DNA of 64,000 nt from Lama guanicoe (lineage: Eukaryota): the NCBI GenBank assembly GCA_013239625.1, contig MU053216.1:1762943-1826942 (forward strand), in the 5' to 3' direction. Each line of letters begins with the position of its first letter. Within the stretch, counting starts at the first letter, position 1. Both the position numbers and the translations under genes were made by a program. Of the stretch, positions 48,766 to 60,889 are shown in pieces. The notes under the pieces were generated by a model. The model had not been told where the DNA came from. It made no database searches and saw nothing but the letters and a program-made list of their open reading frames with translations.

Positions 48766-49574
48766 GCTGCTGACTTTTTTCTTGGAAAAAAAAAGAAATC
48801 TTGACTTCCAGTACCTTTTGTCTGGAGGCAGCAGTAGACTGTTTCTTTTATTTCCACAGTTTATCTTTCTAAGGTTGCTTGTTACAAAGATTGTTACGAG
48901 ATTCGTTTGGTTCAGCGCTCACAGGTTCAACAGATTTTGAGTCACTGAGTAATGTATTTGAAGCTGTAAAGTAATTTTAGTATTCACAGGTCAGTTCTTA
49001 AGAACGGTCAGCCTTTTAACCTTGCTCCCAGCGCGAGGCCCTCCTGCCTTTGGAGAGCCGCACGTGTAGTCAATTCTTCAGTCCCCGGTATTTATTTAGA
49101 CCTCCCATGTGCCGTTCGCCAGGGACGCAGCCGAGGAAGTCACTATCTGGGGAGCCTAGCACTGAGCAGGGGAGGCAACCCCATCACGTGGTGGTGTGGA
49201 AAGCAGGGCGGGTGAGTCGGGGCTGGCTTCTAACCCCTGGGAGGGTCGGGGTTGGGGAGGGGAGCAAACCTGGGCTGAGTGGGATGGGGGCCAGCCGTCT
49301 GAACGTGCGTGCTGCAGAGGAGAAGCTCCCAGTGCGGGGAGGAGCCTGCACAAAGCCTGAAGGTAAGAGGACCCTTTCAGGGACTAACCACGTGCCTGTG
49401 GGCGAGGAGGGAGGGAGTGGGGTTGGTGGTGAAGGCTCTTTAGGCAAAATGGAGTGGCCCTGAAGGGCTCTAGGTGGCGGAGGCTTTTAGGGGATGAAGT
49501 GACGTGATGAGAAGGGGGCAGCTGATGCCTCAGGACGGTGCTAAGTGGGTTCAAATCCTTCCCCTAACTCTTTA

Positions 49575-49693
49575 CTTTCTTGTTTTTCTTAATTAAAAAA
49601 AATTTTTTAACAGAGAAACCGGGGATTGAACCCAAGACCTTGTGCACCCTAAGCGTGTGTGCTACCTCTGAGCCTTGTTCCCCCCCCCCCCCC
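49575..49693 (-). mobile_element. Vic-1-type SINE, inserted into a MIR remnant
   Basis: ggggattgaacccaagaccttgtgcaccctaagcg...ctgagc...poly-C. MIR-like flanks. Confidence 0.8.
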
Positions 49694-50539
49694 CGTACAC
49701 GCCTGACTCCTGACTCGAAAGGTCGTTGTGAGGAGCGCGTGAGTTGGCGCAGGTGAGATGCTGTGGCAGTTCTTAGCGCGCATGCTCGGTCAGCGCTGCT
49801 TGTCGCCCCCGGACTGGGTGTGAGGACCTGGGTGGGCGCCGTTCTTCGCCCTGACCCAGAGGATCATGAGGAGCGCGTGAACCCGGAGTGGGGGTGGGAG
49901 GACGTGGTGTAAATTACAGGGATTTCGAAGGTAAGCCAGTGGGACCCGGTGATCTACTGGACATGGGGGGATGGGAGAGGGGTCTACTGGAAGAGAGGGA
50001 GAGGGCAAGGGGACCTGGGATCCTGGCTGGGGTGTTTGGGTGGGTGGCGGTATTCACCATCTCAGACAGAGAATAGGAGAGTGGAGGCAGGTGCGTGAGG
50101 GGGGACAGAGGGGTCACCCACCCCCCCAGTACTGGAGGTAAGTCAGCACCCAGACGCACGGGGTGCCGCTTAGGCGGAGGTTCTTGCTGGAGGTGTCAGT
50201 CTGAGTCTAGGAGCTGAGGGTGGTGACTGTAGCCCCGTCACGGGATTTGGGGGCTGCAGGTAATTGTAGAAATGCAGCTCGGAAGGACTCCGGTATCAGC
50301 AAGGCGTCTGAGCTCAGCAAAGCAGAGGAGCCCAGCGCTAGGGCAGCCCCCAGGCTTGCTTCGTCTGGGGCCGCAGCCTTCTCCCCGCGCAGGTGCCCGG
50401 CGGCTCCACAGCGGCATCCAGAAGAGGAGAGGCCGTGCCGGGGGAGGCCCTCTCGGAGGAAGGAGGCCCAGAGGCCTTCCCAGAGCTCTCGTTTGTCCAC
50501 TGAGGAGTCTGGGCCCCGCTCTGGGGCGCGAGTGCGGCG

Positions 50540-50740
50540 AATGCTCCGGAAGCACAGGAGGGAGCGGTGGGTCCCCGAGTGGGCCTCGGCGTCCTGCCGG
50601 TAGGGGGCAGGGTAGGCCACCAGCCGGGCTCACGCCCCCGGAGAAGCATGGGTGCCCCAGAGGAGCAGTGAGGCGGGAGAAGGAAGCAGGCCCAGGGCCA
50701 CGCCCGGGGGAGCAGCCGGCCTTCAGGAGGGTGACGGGAA
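50540..50740 (-). mobile_element. L2 fragment, heavily GC-shifted, containing a CTCF motif
   Basis: gaggcgggagaaggaagcaggcccagggccacgcccgggggagcagccggccttcaggagg is collinear with L2 gagtgagaagagaagagggcccaggacagagccctggggaacaccaacatttaagggg. Confidence 0.55.
50595..50611 (+). promoter_or_regulatory. CTCF motif
   Basis: TGCCGGTAGGGGGCAGG fits CCRSYAGGGGGCRS. Confidence 0.5.
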
Positions 50741-53224
50741 CCAGGGCTCCTGGTTGCCTGGAAACAGCACAGCTTCTGGCTGGCTGGCGGTTCAGCTGAG
50801 CAGGTTGGCCCGCGCGAGGCAGAGCTGACGGAGGAAAGCAACGCGGGAAGCGGGTCTCGGGGGAGAAGGCAGCACTGTCTGCGCAGAGAACCGTGACCGC
50901 CGCGGGGGTCTCGTTAGGTCGCGTGCCAGTGAGGACGGGCACCTCTGCGTCCTCGCTCTGTGCTGGGCTCTGCGCCGGGTTCTCGTCTGTCTCCCCGCAA
51001 CCCTGTGGGTCACATGCTCCTCTGGGTGTCGCCGTCCACCAGCGGGGAGACTCCGGCACGTGGCCTGCTTAAGAAGGGCAGAGGGGGCCTCGCGCTGGGG
51101 TCCGTCTGCGCAGCCCTGCTCCTGAGCGCTGCCCTCAGCGTCCCTGGAGGTGGGCACCAGCCAGCCTGTTACCTCGCTCTGTTGCAGCTGGTGAGTCTCT
51201 GGTTTCCTTGGCGCCTTTGCCTGCAGCCCGGGGTGTCCGTGCTGACACTCACCTGCTGGTGGACCTTCCGGCGAGTCTTCTTTTCACTGCCGCTGCTCCT
51301 CCCCCGCAAGGCTGAGAGAAACCAGTGACAGAAGAAGGACGGAGTGTGGGTTTCACGCTCTCTTGTCATTTGTTACACTTCCAATCTCAGCAGACACCAA
51401 GCTCCAGTCACTGGGTCCCGGGATTTGAGGAGGCGTTTTTGTAAGGGGCCCATGAATCCGTAGGCTTGACAAGCATTTTAGGTGGGAAAAACCCCGAACC
51501 CCATGGCCTTGTGCATTCAGAGCGTCCAGGAAGTGGCAGCTCGGCCCTGGGCGGAGGAGGAAGTTGGGCGCCTGTCAGAGTCGCGGGGCCTCATGCTGAA
51601 GGGGACCGGTGGCGTCCCAGGAGAACTGTGGTGGAGAGGATGTGTGTCAGAATTTTGGGGTGCGTAGATCATTGTGGGGGTCAGAGTTTATCCTGTGGGC
51701 CTGTGCCCAAGTTGGGAGGCAGACAGAACAGTTAGGAGGCTGTTTGTGATGTTCTAGAAGAGAGATTTTGAGGGCTGCTGTGTTGTCTGTGAAGACAGAG
51801 TGAGGGAGGGGGAGGGGAGGGCCCAGGGATATTGGTTCAGGAACTATTTAGGAGGTAGGAGGCATCTACGCTGGTCCTCAGGTTTCAGGCCCAGGTGACC
51901 AGGTGAACGGGGGTCACTGAGACAGACAGAAAGAGGATGGTGGGGGCAGGTTTGTCCAAGATGGTGCGTGTCCCCTGGGAGGAAGTCATTGGGCCGCTGA
52001 GGGGGGGTGTCCTGTAGGCAGCTGGACGGGCAGACCCAGGGCCCAGGGGTATGTTCTACAGAGTGAGTCGGGTGGGATGAGCCACCGGTCCCCTCCTCGG
52101 CTTTCCAACCGGGCTTCAGTTTTCCACAATTTCTGTAACCTGACGGTGCCCTTCGGGGAGCCAGCAGAGGAGGAGGGCTCGCGTTGTCAGTTAGCAAAGG
52201 GAGGAGAGACCGTCTGACGCTTCTTTAAAAAGGTGAATCATGGAGAGAGCCCCACGTGGGAGGCGGTGGGTGGGGAGCTTCGGAAGTGGGTGCCGCCGCT
52301 TGCCAACGGCGCGAGCCCCGGACACCACACAGCCTCTTTCCCCTTCACCTGGGGTGGGGGGGTTCTGGCAGCCCCCGAACTCCCCGGGGGGCAGAGATGG
52401 ACATGTCATCCTGAGGAAGACCGATGAGCACAACAACACAAAGACAAGTGAGCGAACGCTGACTCTGCTGCCTTCCTTCCAGCTCGCTTCCGCAAGGTGG
52501 CCGTTCTTGGAATGGCGTATTTTAGAAAAAAATCTGAGAATTTCCTATTTCTTGCCCCCGAGCTTGTGAAATGAAAACTTCTTGCCGCTCCAACACCTTC
52601 CTCAGACCTGGGGATAAATAGACTTCACTCACTGCTGACAACAGCGTGAGGAGCTGCCCCTCCGGATGATGGAACTCCATCGATTTCTCATAAAAGTTTA
52701 ATAAGATGATACAGGGCCAACGCTTTGCAGTTTGCTACAAATTGTGGAGAGGACCCGAGCAAGATGTAATTGGGTGAGAGCAAGGCGGCCCCGCCCGCCC
52801 TCTCGTGGCACCTCCCTAAGCAGACGGCTGACCCTCAGGAGCAAGACTCAAGCTTGCCGCTGACGGGCCAGTCCGTCCGTTACCCGGGCGTTGTTTGACC
52901 GTCACTTGCGATGATCAGCTGCGTTCCGGGGGTACCGATTGGATGGGAGCACGCGTGTGCCTCGCACCTGACTGAATGTCCAGGGCGAGCTTTCTGGTTT
53001 TGGCTGTTTAATGCCATCATAAGCAACCGTATAAATCACCTTTCTTAAAAACCAGTGTGCATTTTCCAGTCCTGTAATTCGTGCAGTATTGATTTACTTT
53101 AAATTTTCTAAATGGATGCAAATTTATATCATTTTTCTGTCAGATACTCTCTCTTCCTTAAATGACGGCTCTGACGTTCGCTTTCACCACATAGCTGGAC
53201 TCAAGATTTTTCTTAAAGTTTCTG

Positions 53225-53460
53225 TTTATTGAAGTACAGTTGGTTTACCATGTTGTATCACCTTCTGGTGGACAGCACGATGCTTCAGTCCCACATGAAC
53301 ATACATGTATTTGTTTTCCTATTCTTTGTCACTGTGGGTTACTGTAAGACACTGAATGTAGTTTCCTGTGCTGTACAGTATAAACTTGTTTTTAATCTGT
53401 GTTGTGTATAGTAGTCATATTTGAGAGCTCGAGTTCCCGATTTATCCCTTCCCATGCCCA
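53225..53460 (-). mobile_element. Camelid/cetartiodactyl L1 3' end
   Basis: tttattgaagtacagttggtttac...tttcctgtgctgtacagta...cccgatttatcccttccca. Confidence 0.85.
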
Positions 53461-54394
53461 CTTAATTTAAGATTTTTAAAGTCTGTCTTGCAGTAGCATT
53501 GGAAAGGGTACCATCCAAGCTTTCCTCTTTCCTTATTATTAAAAAGTGATGATCTCTTTAAAGACCTTTGGGGAGCGCATGTCATGGATTTAAATTTCCT
53601 TGCTTGACCGAGCACACTGCCCAATCCATCTGTTTATAATCAATTGAACGTCGCGGAGTATCACACGTGCACGAATGATATTTCTTACTGCTGTGTTTCT
53701 GCAGAGGGATGGGAAACATAGACCTTTAGAGTGAATTCCACGTGCGTTCCTTTGCCTGAGCCCTTTCTCAGTTGCCCCGTGAACGTTTTCTCCCTTGGTG
53801 GTGAAATTTAGGGTGGAGCTGGCTGGATGATTTCAGCATCTCTCCTCGGCTATGCAACAAGTGGCTCGTCCTGGCTTAGGAGACCCACACCTCAGTGAGG
53901 CTGGGAGGTTAAAATGACGCAGGCAGAAACCCTGTCAAAAAGCAACCTTGTAATTTCAGATGCCGGTAAATTACTAGGAAGTTGAGCAACTGCTATTTAA
54001 TAGACACGAACTAATTATAGCCCAAGAGCGGTGAGTCCCATCCTGCGGATACACAATATAATTCCTTTTAGAGAAGCGATAACATGTTGCTCATACCAGG
54101 CCATATTGGCTTGTACAACCCCCAGATTCAAAGGGGTTCCTGAAAAAGGAGCAGACGGCAAAGAACCAGCAGGCAGCCACCTGAGCCGCAGAGCTGGAGT
54201 TTTTCTCTGGCGGCTCTTCTGCAAATGGTTGCGCATAACGGAAACTTCTGAGCCCAGTGCTCTACCTGCAGCGTTTGTCTGCAGCGACCGCTTCTACTTG
54301 TGAACGGCAGTAACAACGACCATGGCCAACAGTGACAGGGCCTTTCCTCTCTGCTGAGCGGTTCGTCCCCTTGCTCATCCAGCCCTGCCGGCAA

Positions 54395-54520
54395 CCCTGA
54401 GATAACATTATTCCATTAGCGTGTAACAGCTGGAAAGTGGAATCTCAGAGAGGGTGAGGAACTTGGGCGAGGTCACACAGTGAGCCTGGATCCCAGCCCA
54501 GTTGTGCGGTGTCACTCACC
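54395..54520 (-). mobile_element. MIR fragment
   Basis: tctcagagagggtgaggaacttgggcgaggtcacacag. Confidence 0.7.
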
Positions 54521-55469
54521 CTGGTGTAGGCTGGTTCACTGTGCCGTTACTAGTTTGAGGCTCAGTGTGGCTGAATTTTCCTGAGCCTTGTGGGTCTCAA
54601 GGGTATTGGATGCTCTTGGAGGAAAGAGGCAGGTTCCCCCTCGAGTTCCAAGGGGAGCCGAGCCCTTTGAAGGCCAGGAGAGAGGGCAGCGGACGAGAGG
54701 GGCAGGGCTGAGTCCACGCCCGGCTTTTTGTGCAGAATGTAGCCCCACTGCTTTTGGTACATCACAGAAACAGTTAGTTTAGACAGTTCGAGGCCATGTT
54801 CACCGACTTGTCCCAAGAAGATGTCATGAGTACCTCCGCTGGGCGAAGTATGGTCAGGCGAAGCCGGTGTGCAGAGACGAGAGAGGTGGGGTCGTGTCCC
54901 CAGTAACTCGGTCTTGGCAGGGCGTGCGGCACGCATGCAATGCTGCGTGATGCGTGTCTGCTGAGGGCACGTGCAGGGGCCACGGGGACACGGAGAAAGG
55001 CATCTCCTAGTGACAGGAGGCTTTCTGGGGGAGGGAAGCCTCATTCGAGATGAGGGGCACGTGGTGGTGGTCCAGGCAAGGGATGGAAAGAGGGGCCCAG
55101 GTGCAGGGACTCACCACGGTGAGGGTTGGGGGTCCCGGGAGAGTGGCTTGTTTGGCTAAGACCGTGCGGTGGAGACACAGCAAGCAGTGAGTGGGGCGTT
55201 GGCAGGATGTGCCGACTGTCCTCGGTAAAGCCATGCACGAGAACGTTCCTTAAAGTCGAGGTGTCACTGGAGCACCACGTGAGGCTTCCCCACTCATGCA
55301 CTTTTGCAAAAGGACCGTCACGAGCAGTTTGGTCGATGTCCAAGCACGAACACACAAACACATTTTAAAACTTCCGAAATAGAAGGGTATACTCTTCTGA
55401 AAGATGGAAAACATAAAGAGAAAAGAAATGCAAAGTATCTATAGTTTTCAGAGTGACACTTTTATGCTG

Positions 55470-55497
55470 GGGGAATTCCTGCCTCCAGATGGCAGCT
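55470..55497 (+). promoter_or_regulatory. Adjacent NF-kB and CTCF-like motifs
   Basis: GGGGAATTCC 55470-55479, then TGCCTCCAGATGGCAGC. Confidence 0.35.
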
Positions 55498-56124
55498 TTG
55501 TAAGTTCAAAGCCCCTTGGCAGTGGATCTTAAGAGTCAGAAAGGAGCGTCTCTCGTGTCTTGAGTGATTCTGGCCTTGGCTTTTGCAGCCCGCCCCAGGT
55601 ACAGCATGTGTCACTGGTTTTCAGTAACTGGTACAAGCGCTTTTATAAACAAGTTATCTTGGTAACAAAGGATGTAGCACCAGCAGGAAGGAAGGTCAAG
55701 AGGAGACCGGAGTTGCTGGGGAAACGCAGAACGCCTGGCGCACTCTCTGTTGGGGAGAGGTGTTGGCTTCAGGAGTGTCACGTGGCCCTCACTGTGTTCC
55801 ATTCAACGGGGCACCGCGGGAGCTTGCGGAAGTGTGAGTCCAGCTGGTGGTGCCTGCCCGACACACGTGCGTGCACACACACACACACACACACGATCTC
55901 TGGGAAGTGAAGAAGTAAGGGAATCAGTTCGTTGTATGCGAAGCAGAAGCAGAGCATCCGGACCCTGACGGGAAGCTCGGTCTTCGTGTGGCTGAGGCTG
56001 AGCGTCCAAACCCCCCGAGGGAGGAGGGGGTATGTTCGGCATGGTCATGGAGCGAGATTTAGTGGGACTGAGTCCCTGTGTGTCTTGCTGGGCTGGTAAA
56101 CCGGGAGACACGTGTGTTTGTTTC

Positions 56125-56325
56125 TAATTTGTTTTTTACTGAAGTGACATTTGTTTGTCATACCATGTAAGTTTCACGTGTCCACCATGATGGTTCTGCT
56201 TCTGTTTGCTCTGCAACCTGCTCACACCAGCAACCTAGCTCCCTCCCGCCATACAGTTGACTGGTTTCGCCCTCCCCCCTGCCCCGTCCCCCCTGGTAAC
56301 CAGGACCCTGTTCTCGGATCGACGT
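56125..56325 (-). mobile_element. L1MA-type 3' end
   Basis: ttttactgaagtgacatttg...tgtaagtttcacgtgtccacc...cccctggtaacca. Confidence 0.7.
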
Positions 56326-56626
56326 GATAAACCGTGGAATTTAGTCCTCTACTAATGCACGGACTGTTGTAACTGAGTAGCTAGCAGATCTTTTCCCAAG
56401 GTGTCCTCGCAGAAAGACATGTCTTACCAATTTGAAAGACGGATACTTTGCAATGAATGTGCCTTTTCTCATGTCCTAAAAATTTAGCTGATTCCCAGTG
56501 GAGCTCTCCAAATGGTTTTGGGGAAACCCAAAGAATTAAGAGTTTTCTTTGGGTGAGTGTGAGCAACTTTTGTTTACTTGAAGCAATTAAAGACAAGACT
56601 CCCTGGAAACTGTATAATAAAATCTG

Positions 56627-56740
56627 TTTGTTTGGGGGGAGGAGGTAATTACATTTATTTATTTATTTCTTAATTAATTTTTTGGAGGCACTGGGGATTG
56701 AACCCAGGACCTTGTGTGCGCGCACTCCACTACAGCCTCC
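56627..56740 (-). mobile_element. Vic-1-type SINE (internally deleted)
   Basis: ggggggaggaggtaatt tail plus ggaggcactggggattgaacccaggacc. Confidence 0.85.
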
Positions 56741-57151
56741 AATGTCTGTTTCTTAATAAGAATTCTGATACAGCCGTCACTTCTAATTTTCTTTGAAGGA
56801 TCTGGACAAAAATTAACAAGGACTGTATAGTGTTTATTTGTGTGGGTTTCAGACTACTCCTTCTGGTAGAGAAACTGCCTCTGTCTCTGTCGTGTCTCTT
56901 CATATGTTCAACTCTACTTAAAAATGATACTGTGCCAGTTCAGCTTAAAACCTTAGAAGGGCGATTATGGTATAAGGGCGAAAAGGGCACAGAAGCCTCA
57001 CTTTGCACCCTGATTTAAGGGGCCTGCAGCAGAATTTCCTTCCTCTTTGCAAATACCCCACATCGTCAAGTTGTCCATAAAGCAGGAAGCAGGCGAACGT
57101 GCAGAATGGCATTAAGAATATGTTCAGTGTTTACAAAGATCATATAACATT

Positions 57152-57806
57152 TCTCTGATAGTTAGTGATATTGAGCATTTTTTCATGAGCCTATTGATCA
57201 TTTGTATGTCTTCCTTGGAGAATTGCTTGTTTAGGTCTTCTGCCCATTTTTGGATTGGGTTGTTTGTTTTTTTCTTATGTCGTATGAGCTGCTTATATAT
57301 TCTGGAGATCAAGCCTTTGTTGGTTTCATCATTTGCAAAAATTTTCTCCCATTCCGTAGGTTGTCTTCTTGTTTTACTTCTGGTTTCCTTTGCTGTGCAG
57401 AAGCTTGTAAGTTTCATTAGGTCCCATTTGTTTATTCTTGCTTTTATTTCTATTTCTTGGGTAGACTGNNNNNNNNNNNNNNNNNNNNNNNNNNNNNNNN
57501 NNNNNNNNNNNNNNNNNNNNNNNNNNNNNNNNNNNNNNNNNNNNNNNNNNNNNNNNNNNNNNNNNNNNNNNNNNNNNNNNNNNNNNNNNNNNNNNNNNNN
57601 NNNNNNNNNNNNNNNNNNNNNNNNNNNNNNNNNNNNNNNNNNNNNNNNNNNNNNNNNNNNNAAATGTACACGTTATGATAACTCACAGAGGAAAAAAAGT
57701 GACAATGAGTGTGTGTATGTCCATGAATGAAAAATTGTGCTGAACCCTGGAATTTGACACAACATTGTAAAATGATTATAAATCAATAAAAAATGTTTAA
57801 AAAAAA
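57152..57806 (+). mobile_element. Young L1 insertion with 5' inversion: antisense ORF2 fragment (57152-57468), gap, sense 3' end and poly(A)
   Basis: Minus frame encodes [11 protein letters not shown]...[11 protein letters not shown]...[10 protein letters not shown]...[12 protein letters not shown] (L1 ORF2p). Sense AATAAA and poly(A) at 57785-57807. 19-bp TSD ACAAAGATC(A/G)TATAACATT at 57133-57151 and 57807-57825. Confidence 0.88.
57469..57661. other. Assembly gap (N run) inside the L1
   Basis: Run of N. Confidence 1.
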
Positions 57807-58942
57807 ACAAAGATCGTATAACATTATCTGTTCCCTGCCTTTATGGACACCCTGCAGCAGGCAGAGGCTTTGAGAACGGCGCTTTCAAGAGAAGCGCAGA
57901 GCCCGTGGGGGATCTGCTCCCCCGTCCACACCCTCCCCACCACTACCAACCCTGCCCAGAGCAGATTCATGGGTCCCTGATGATGGGTGCTCTTTCTGAA
58001 GTTCCTGAAGTTGAAAGGGCGAGTGTCAACACACAGCAGCACTTATAAAAGCTCAGAGACAGTCAGCCTCGGGGGGAATCGCCACAGGCTGGGGGAAGTC
58101 AGGAAGGCTTCCTGGAGGAGGTGGGACTTGGGCTTGGCTTTCAGAGGAATAGTGGGACTTGGGCCAAGTACTGAAGATGAGGGGGATGGTCATTCTGGGC
58201 AGAGAAAGGCGTTCCCTCCTATCTGAGCGCTGCAGGTGGTAGTAGTGAGTGGCTGCCTCCCAGGGTGCTCCGGAACCGCGGGCACCTGGGCACTTCCTGC
58301 GCCTCCTCTGGAAAACCAGGGACTGGACCCCAGTCTCCCAGGCCCCTTGGGCTCTGTTCAGTGTGGCTGGCAAGCAGCCAGCCTCCCTTTCTCCAGTTAC
58401 CTCCGAGAGCAAACAGTAAAAACACCCAGGAGGGTCCCCCGTCTGCACCGCCACAAGCCGCATGCTTCCGAGCTGAGGGTCTGTGTCGCTCTGTCCTTTC
58501 TGGGTGAGAATCTTCCTGTCTGTTCTCCAGGCGTGTTCGTGCTCTATCTGTTGATTGAGATTGAACCCATCACGAGTTCGTGGCAGGAAGAGGAGGTGCT
58601 GTGTCATCATTTCTCCCTCGGCTTCCCCCCCGCGGCCGGCCCCGCAGCCCTCCAGCCCAGATGGAGACAGTTCGATTCCCAAGCCAGGCGCACGCAGGGG
58701 ACAGGCTTCCCTGCCAGGGGCTCCGAGGGGTCCCAGCCCCGCCAGGAGGAGGGCCAGCCCCGCCACGGGGAGGTCGGGAGGCTGCAGGGGGTGCTTCTAA
58801 CTTTCACCACGTGACAAACGTGAAGCGTGTAAAAGTCTATTGAGAAGCTTCAGGAATGTGCTCCCACCTCTGCGCAGAACTAGGCTAAGCCCTCTCTAAA
58901 CGACAGCCATGCTGGAGTTTCTTAATCAGATTCTAAAACTTG

Positions 58943-59192
58943 AATTCCAAATCCCCAATTTATCCCCCACCCCCACTTTTGGGATTAGCAGATACACACT
59001 ACTCTGTATAAATTATATAAACAGCAGGGACCTGCTGTACAGCACAGGGAACTGTATTCAATACCCTGTAGTCACCTAGAATGAAAAAGCACATGAAAAG
59101 GAATATATACAGAACTGAATGACTGTGCTGTGCACCAGAAACTAGCACATTGTAAGCCGACTATACTTCAATTAAAAAACAAAAACAAAAAA
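58943..59192 (+). mobile_element. L1 3' end with a short 5'-inverted piece
   Basis: Antisense aattccaaatccccaatttatccccc (58943-58976), then sense tttgggattagcagatacacactact...ctatacttcaattaaaaa. Confidence 0.75.
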
Positions 59193-60079
59193 TGAATAGA
59201 CATATAGCCTTGATTTAATTTTATAACTTTTGCCTAATTATTTGAAAGTAGAGAATATTGTGTGTGTGTGCACGTGTGCATGTGTACTTGTGTGCAAGTG
59301 TGTGCATGCGTGCACACTAAGTGCATGTTTGCTCCCGGGGCCGTCCCCGAGTGAGGGGGCCTCGTGAGGCCTTTGAGGTTTGCGGCGAGGATCTGGGTTA
59401 GAAGATTTCCCTGTGAGTGGCGGACCTACAGCCGCAGTGGCTACAGTTACACGACCTTCATTGCTTCGCTGATTCTCCCTGGGCTTCAGATAGAGTTGGC
59501 CCCAGGCTGCCAGCTGGGAGGCTCGAGACGTGGACTTAAACCCCTCTGACACACTGGCGATCTCTCCGGGAGGACCCACATCTTCCGCGAGTGTGTGTAA
59601 ATCCACTCCCATGACGGCCGCGCGCGGGAAGACAGGGAGGCGGGCCAGACGTCGGGCTGTGTGAGGCAAGCGTGCCTGTAAGTTGACTGAAGGACGTCTC
59701 TGCCCCGACCCAGTCTAGGAGCCTCTGGAGAGTCTGGTGGGAAATGCTTGAACTTCCACTAGGAAAACACCTGCTCTACAGACGTTTCATTGTGATGTTT
59801 AAGTGGGGTCCCGAGAAAACTTAGTTGTCCGTCCAGTATTATTTTTCTGAGACTCGGACACGGTATTTAGAAATGAACCGAGGGGCAGGGTGCAGAGTAG
59901 GCAGTGGGAGGAGACCGACCAAGGAAGCATCTTGATACTGATCAGGAGAACTTGCATCTCTGTATTTCCTCGGAACACATTATTTTTATTGTGGAAACTT
60001 AAGGAATTGTATTTACTGAGAATAAGTTTTTAAAAAATACAGAACTTATCTTGATCTTTCTGGCTGTTGCTATGGTTCT

Positions 60080-60210
60080 GAGTAATACATCATTAGGGCT
60101 CTGGCACTCCAGTGATGTATTAAAGCCATACATCATAACAGTGCCGTGGCTCTATGATGTATTAATGTTATATGTCGTTATGGCGCCATTGGCCGCATGA
60201 TGTATTACTC
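60080..60210. repeat. Palindromic element: three ~43-bp hairpin units bounded by a perfect 14-bp inverted repeat
   Basis: GAGTAATACATCAT (60080-60093) and ATGATGTATTACTC (60197-60210). TGATGTATTA at 60113, 60155 and 60198. Confidence 0.8.
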
Positions 60211-60889
60211 GAAACACTACCAATTGGTTAGATCAACACACAGGGACCTGTGTATTAGGGACAGGAGAATGGCAAACGATCTTGGACCAGAACACAACGG
60301 AACGTCTCACAGACATCATGCCCACAAAGCAGCTCTGTACGATTGGATGGGCTTCAAAGGCTTTCCCAGGATGGGCGGGGCGGAGCTGTGCGCAAAGGTT
60401 AGGGAGACGTCTGCTCCGGCTGCCACTGCCTTAGAATCCGTGCCCGGGCCAGGCTTTCCCAGGTTCAGGGAGGAACGCGCCTCTGCTCTGCCTGGTGAGA
60501 AGCTGTGACCTCGTGGAATCCCCACTGAAACATTGTCGGGTCCTGTGATCCCGGTTCCGGAGATCGGGAGACTGAGGTTCAGAGCCGTCCGGGCAGGTTA
60601 TGTGGCTGGGATTCAAGCCTGTGTCTGCCGGACTCCAGAGCTGGGTTGGGGGGTCCCTGTGGATTTTGTGCCTTCAGTTTTGGGGTATTACTCCTCCCCT
60701 CCCCCCTTCCTCTCTCCCCCTCCCTCTCCTGAATAGGCAGCATCCAGAACAGCCATCTGGGAAGCAGATCTGGGAGAGCTCGGCAGCTATCTTATTTTCT
60801 TGGGGTCCTGCCCAAAGCCTGACCCGTGGTTGAGGGAGGGTGGCCTCGCTGGGGACCAAAAGCCAGACTCGGCCCCTTCCTCCTACTGA

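Noticed and set aside
50207-51328. Cluster of 120-270-aa ORFs
   Set aside because: They come from a GC-rich, partly L2-derived patch, open on both strands, with no known protein similarity.
57124-57417. 97-aa ORF with real protein similarity
   Set aside because: It is a truncated, inverted L1 ORF2p fragment, not a host gene.
58531-58594. Possible plus-strand exon after the strong acceptor tcttcctgtctgttctccag
   Set aside because: The downstream donor (GAG|gtgctg) is weak and the peptide is unrecognised.
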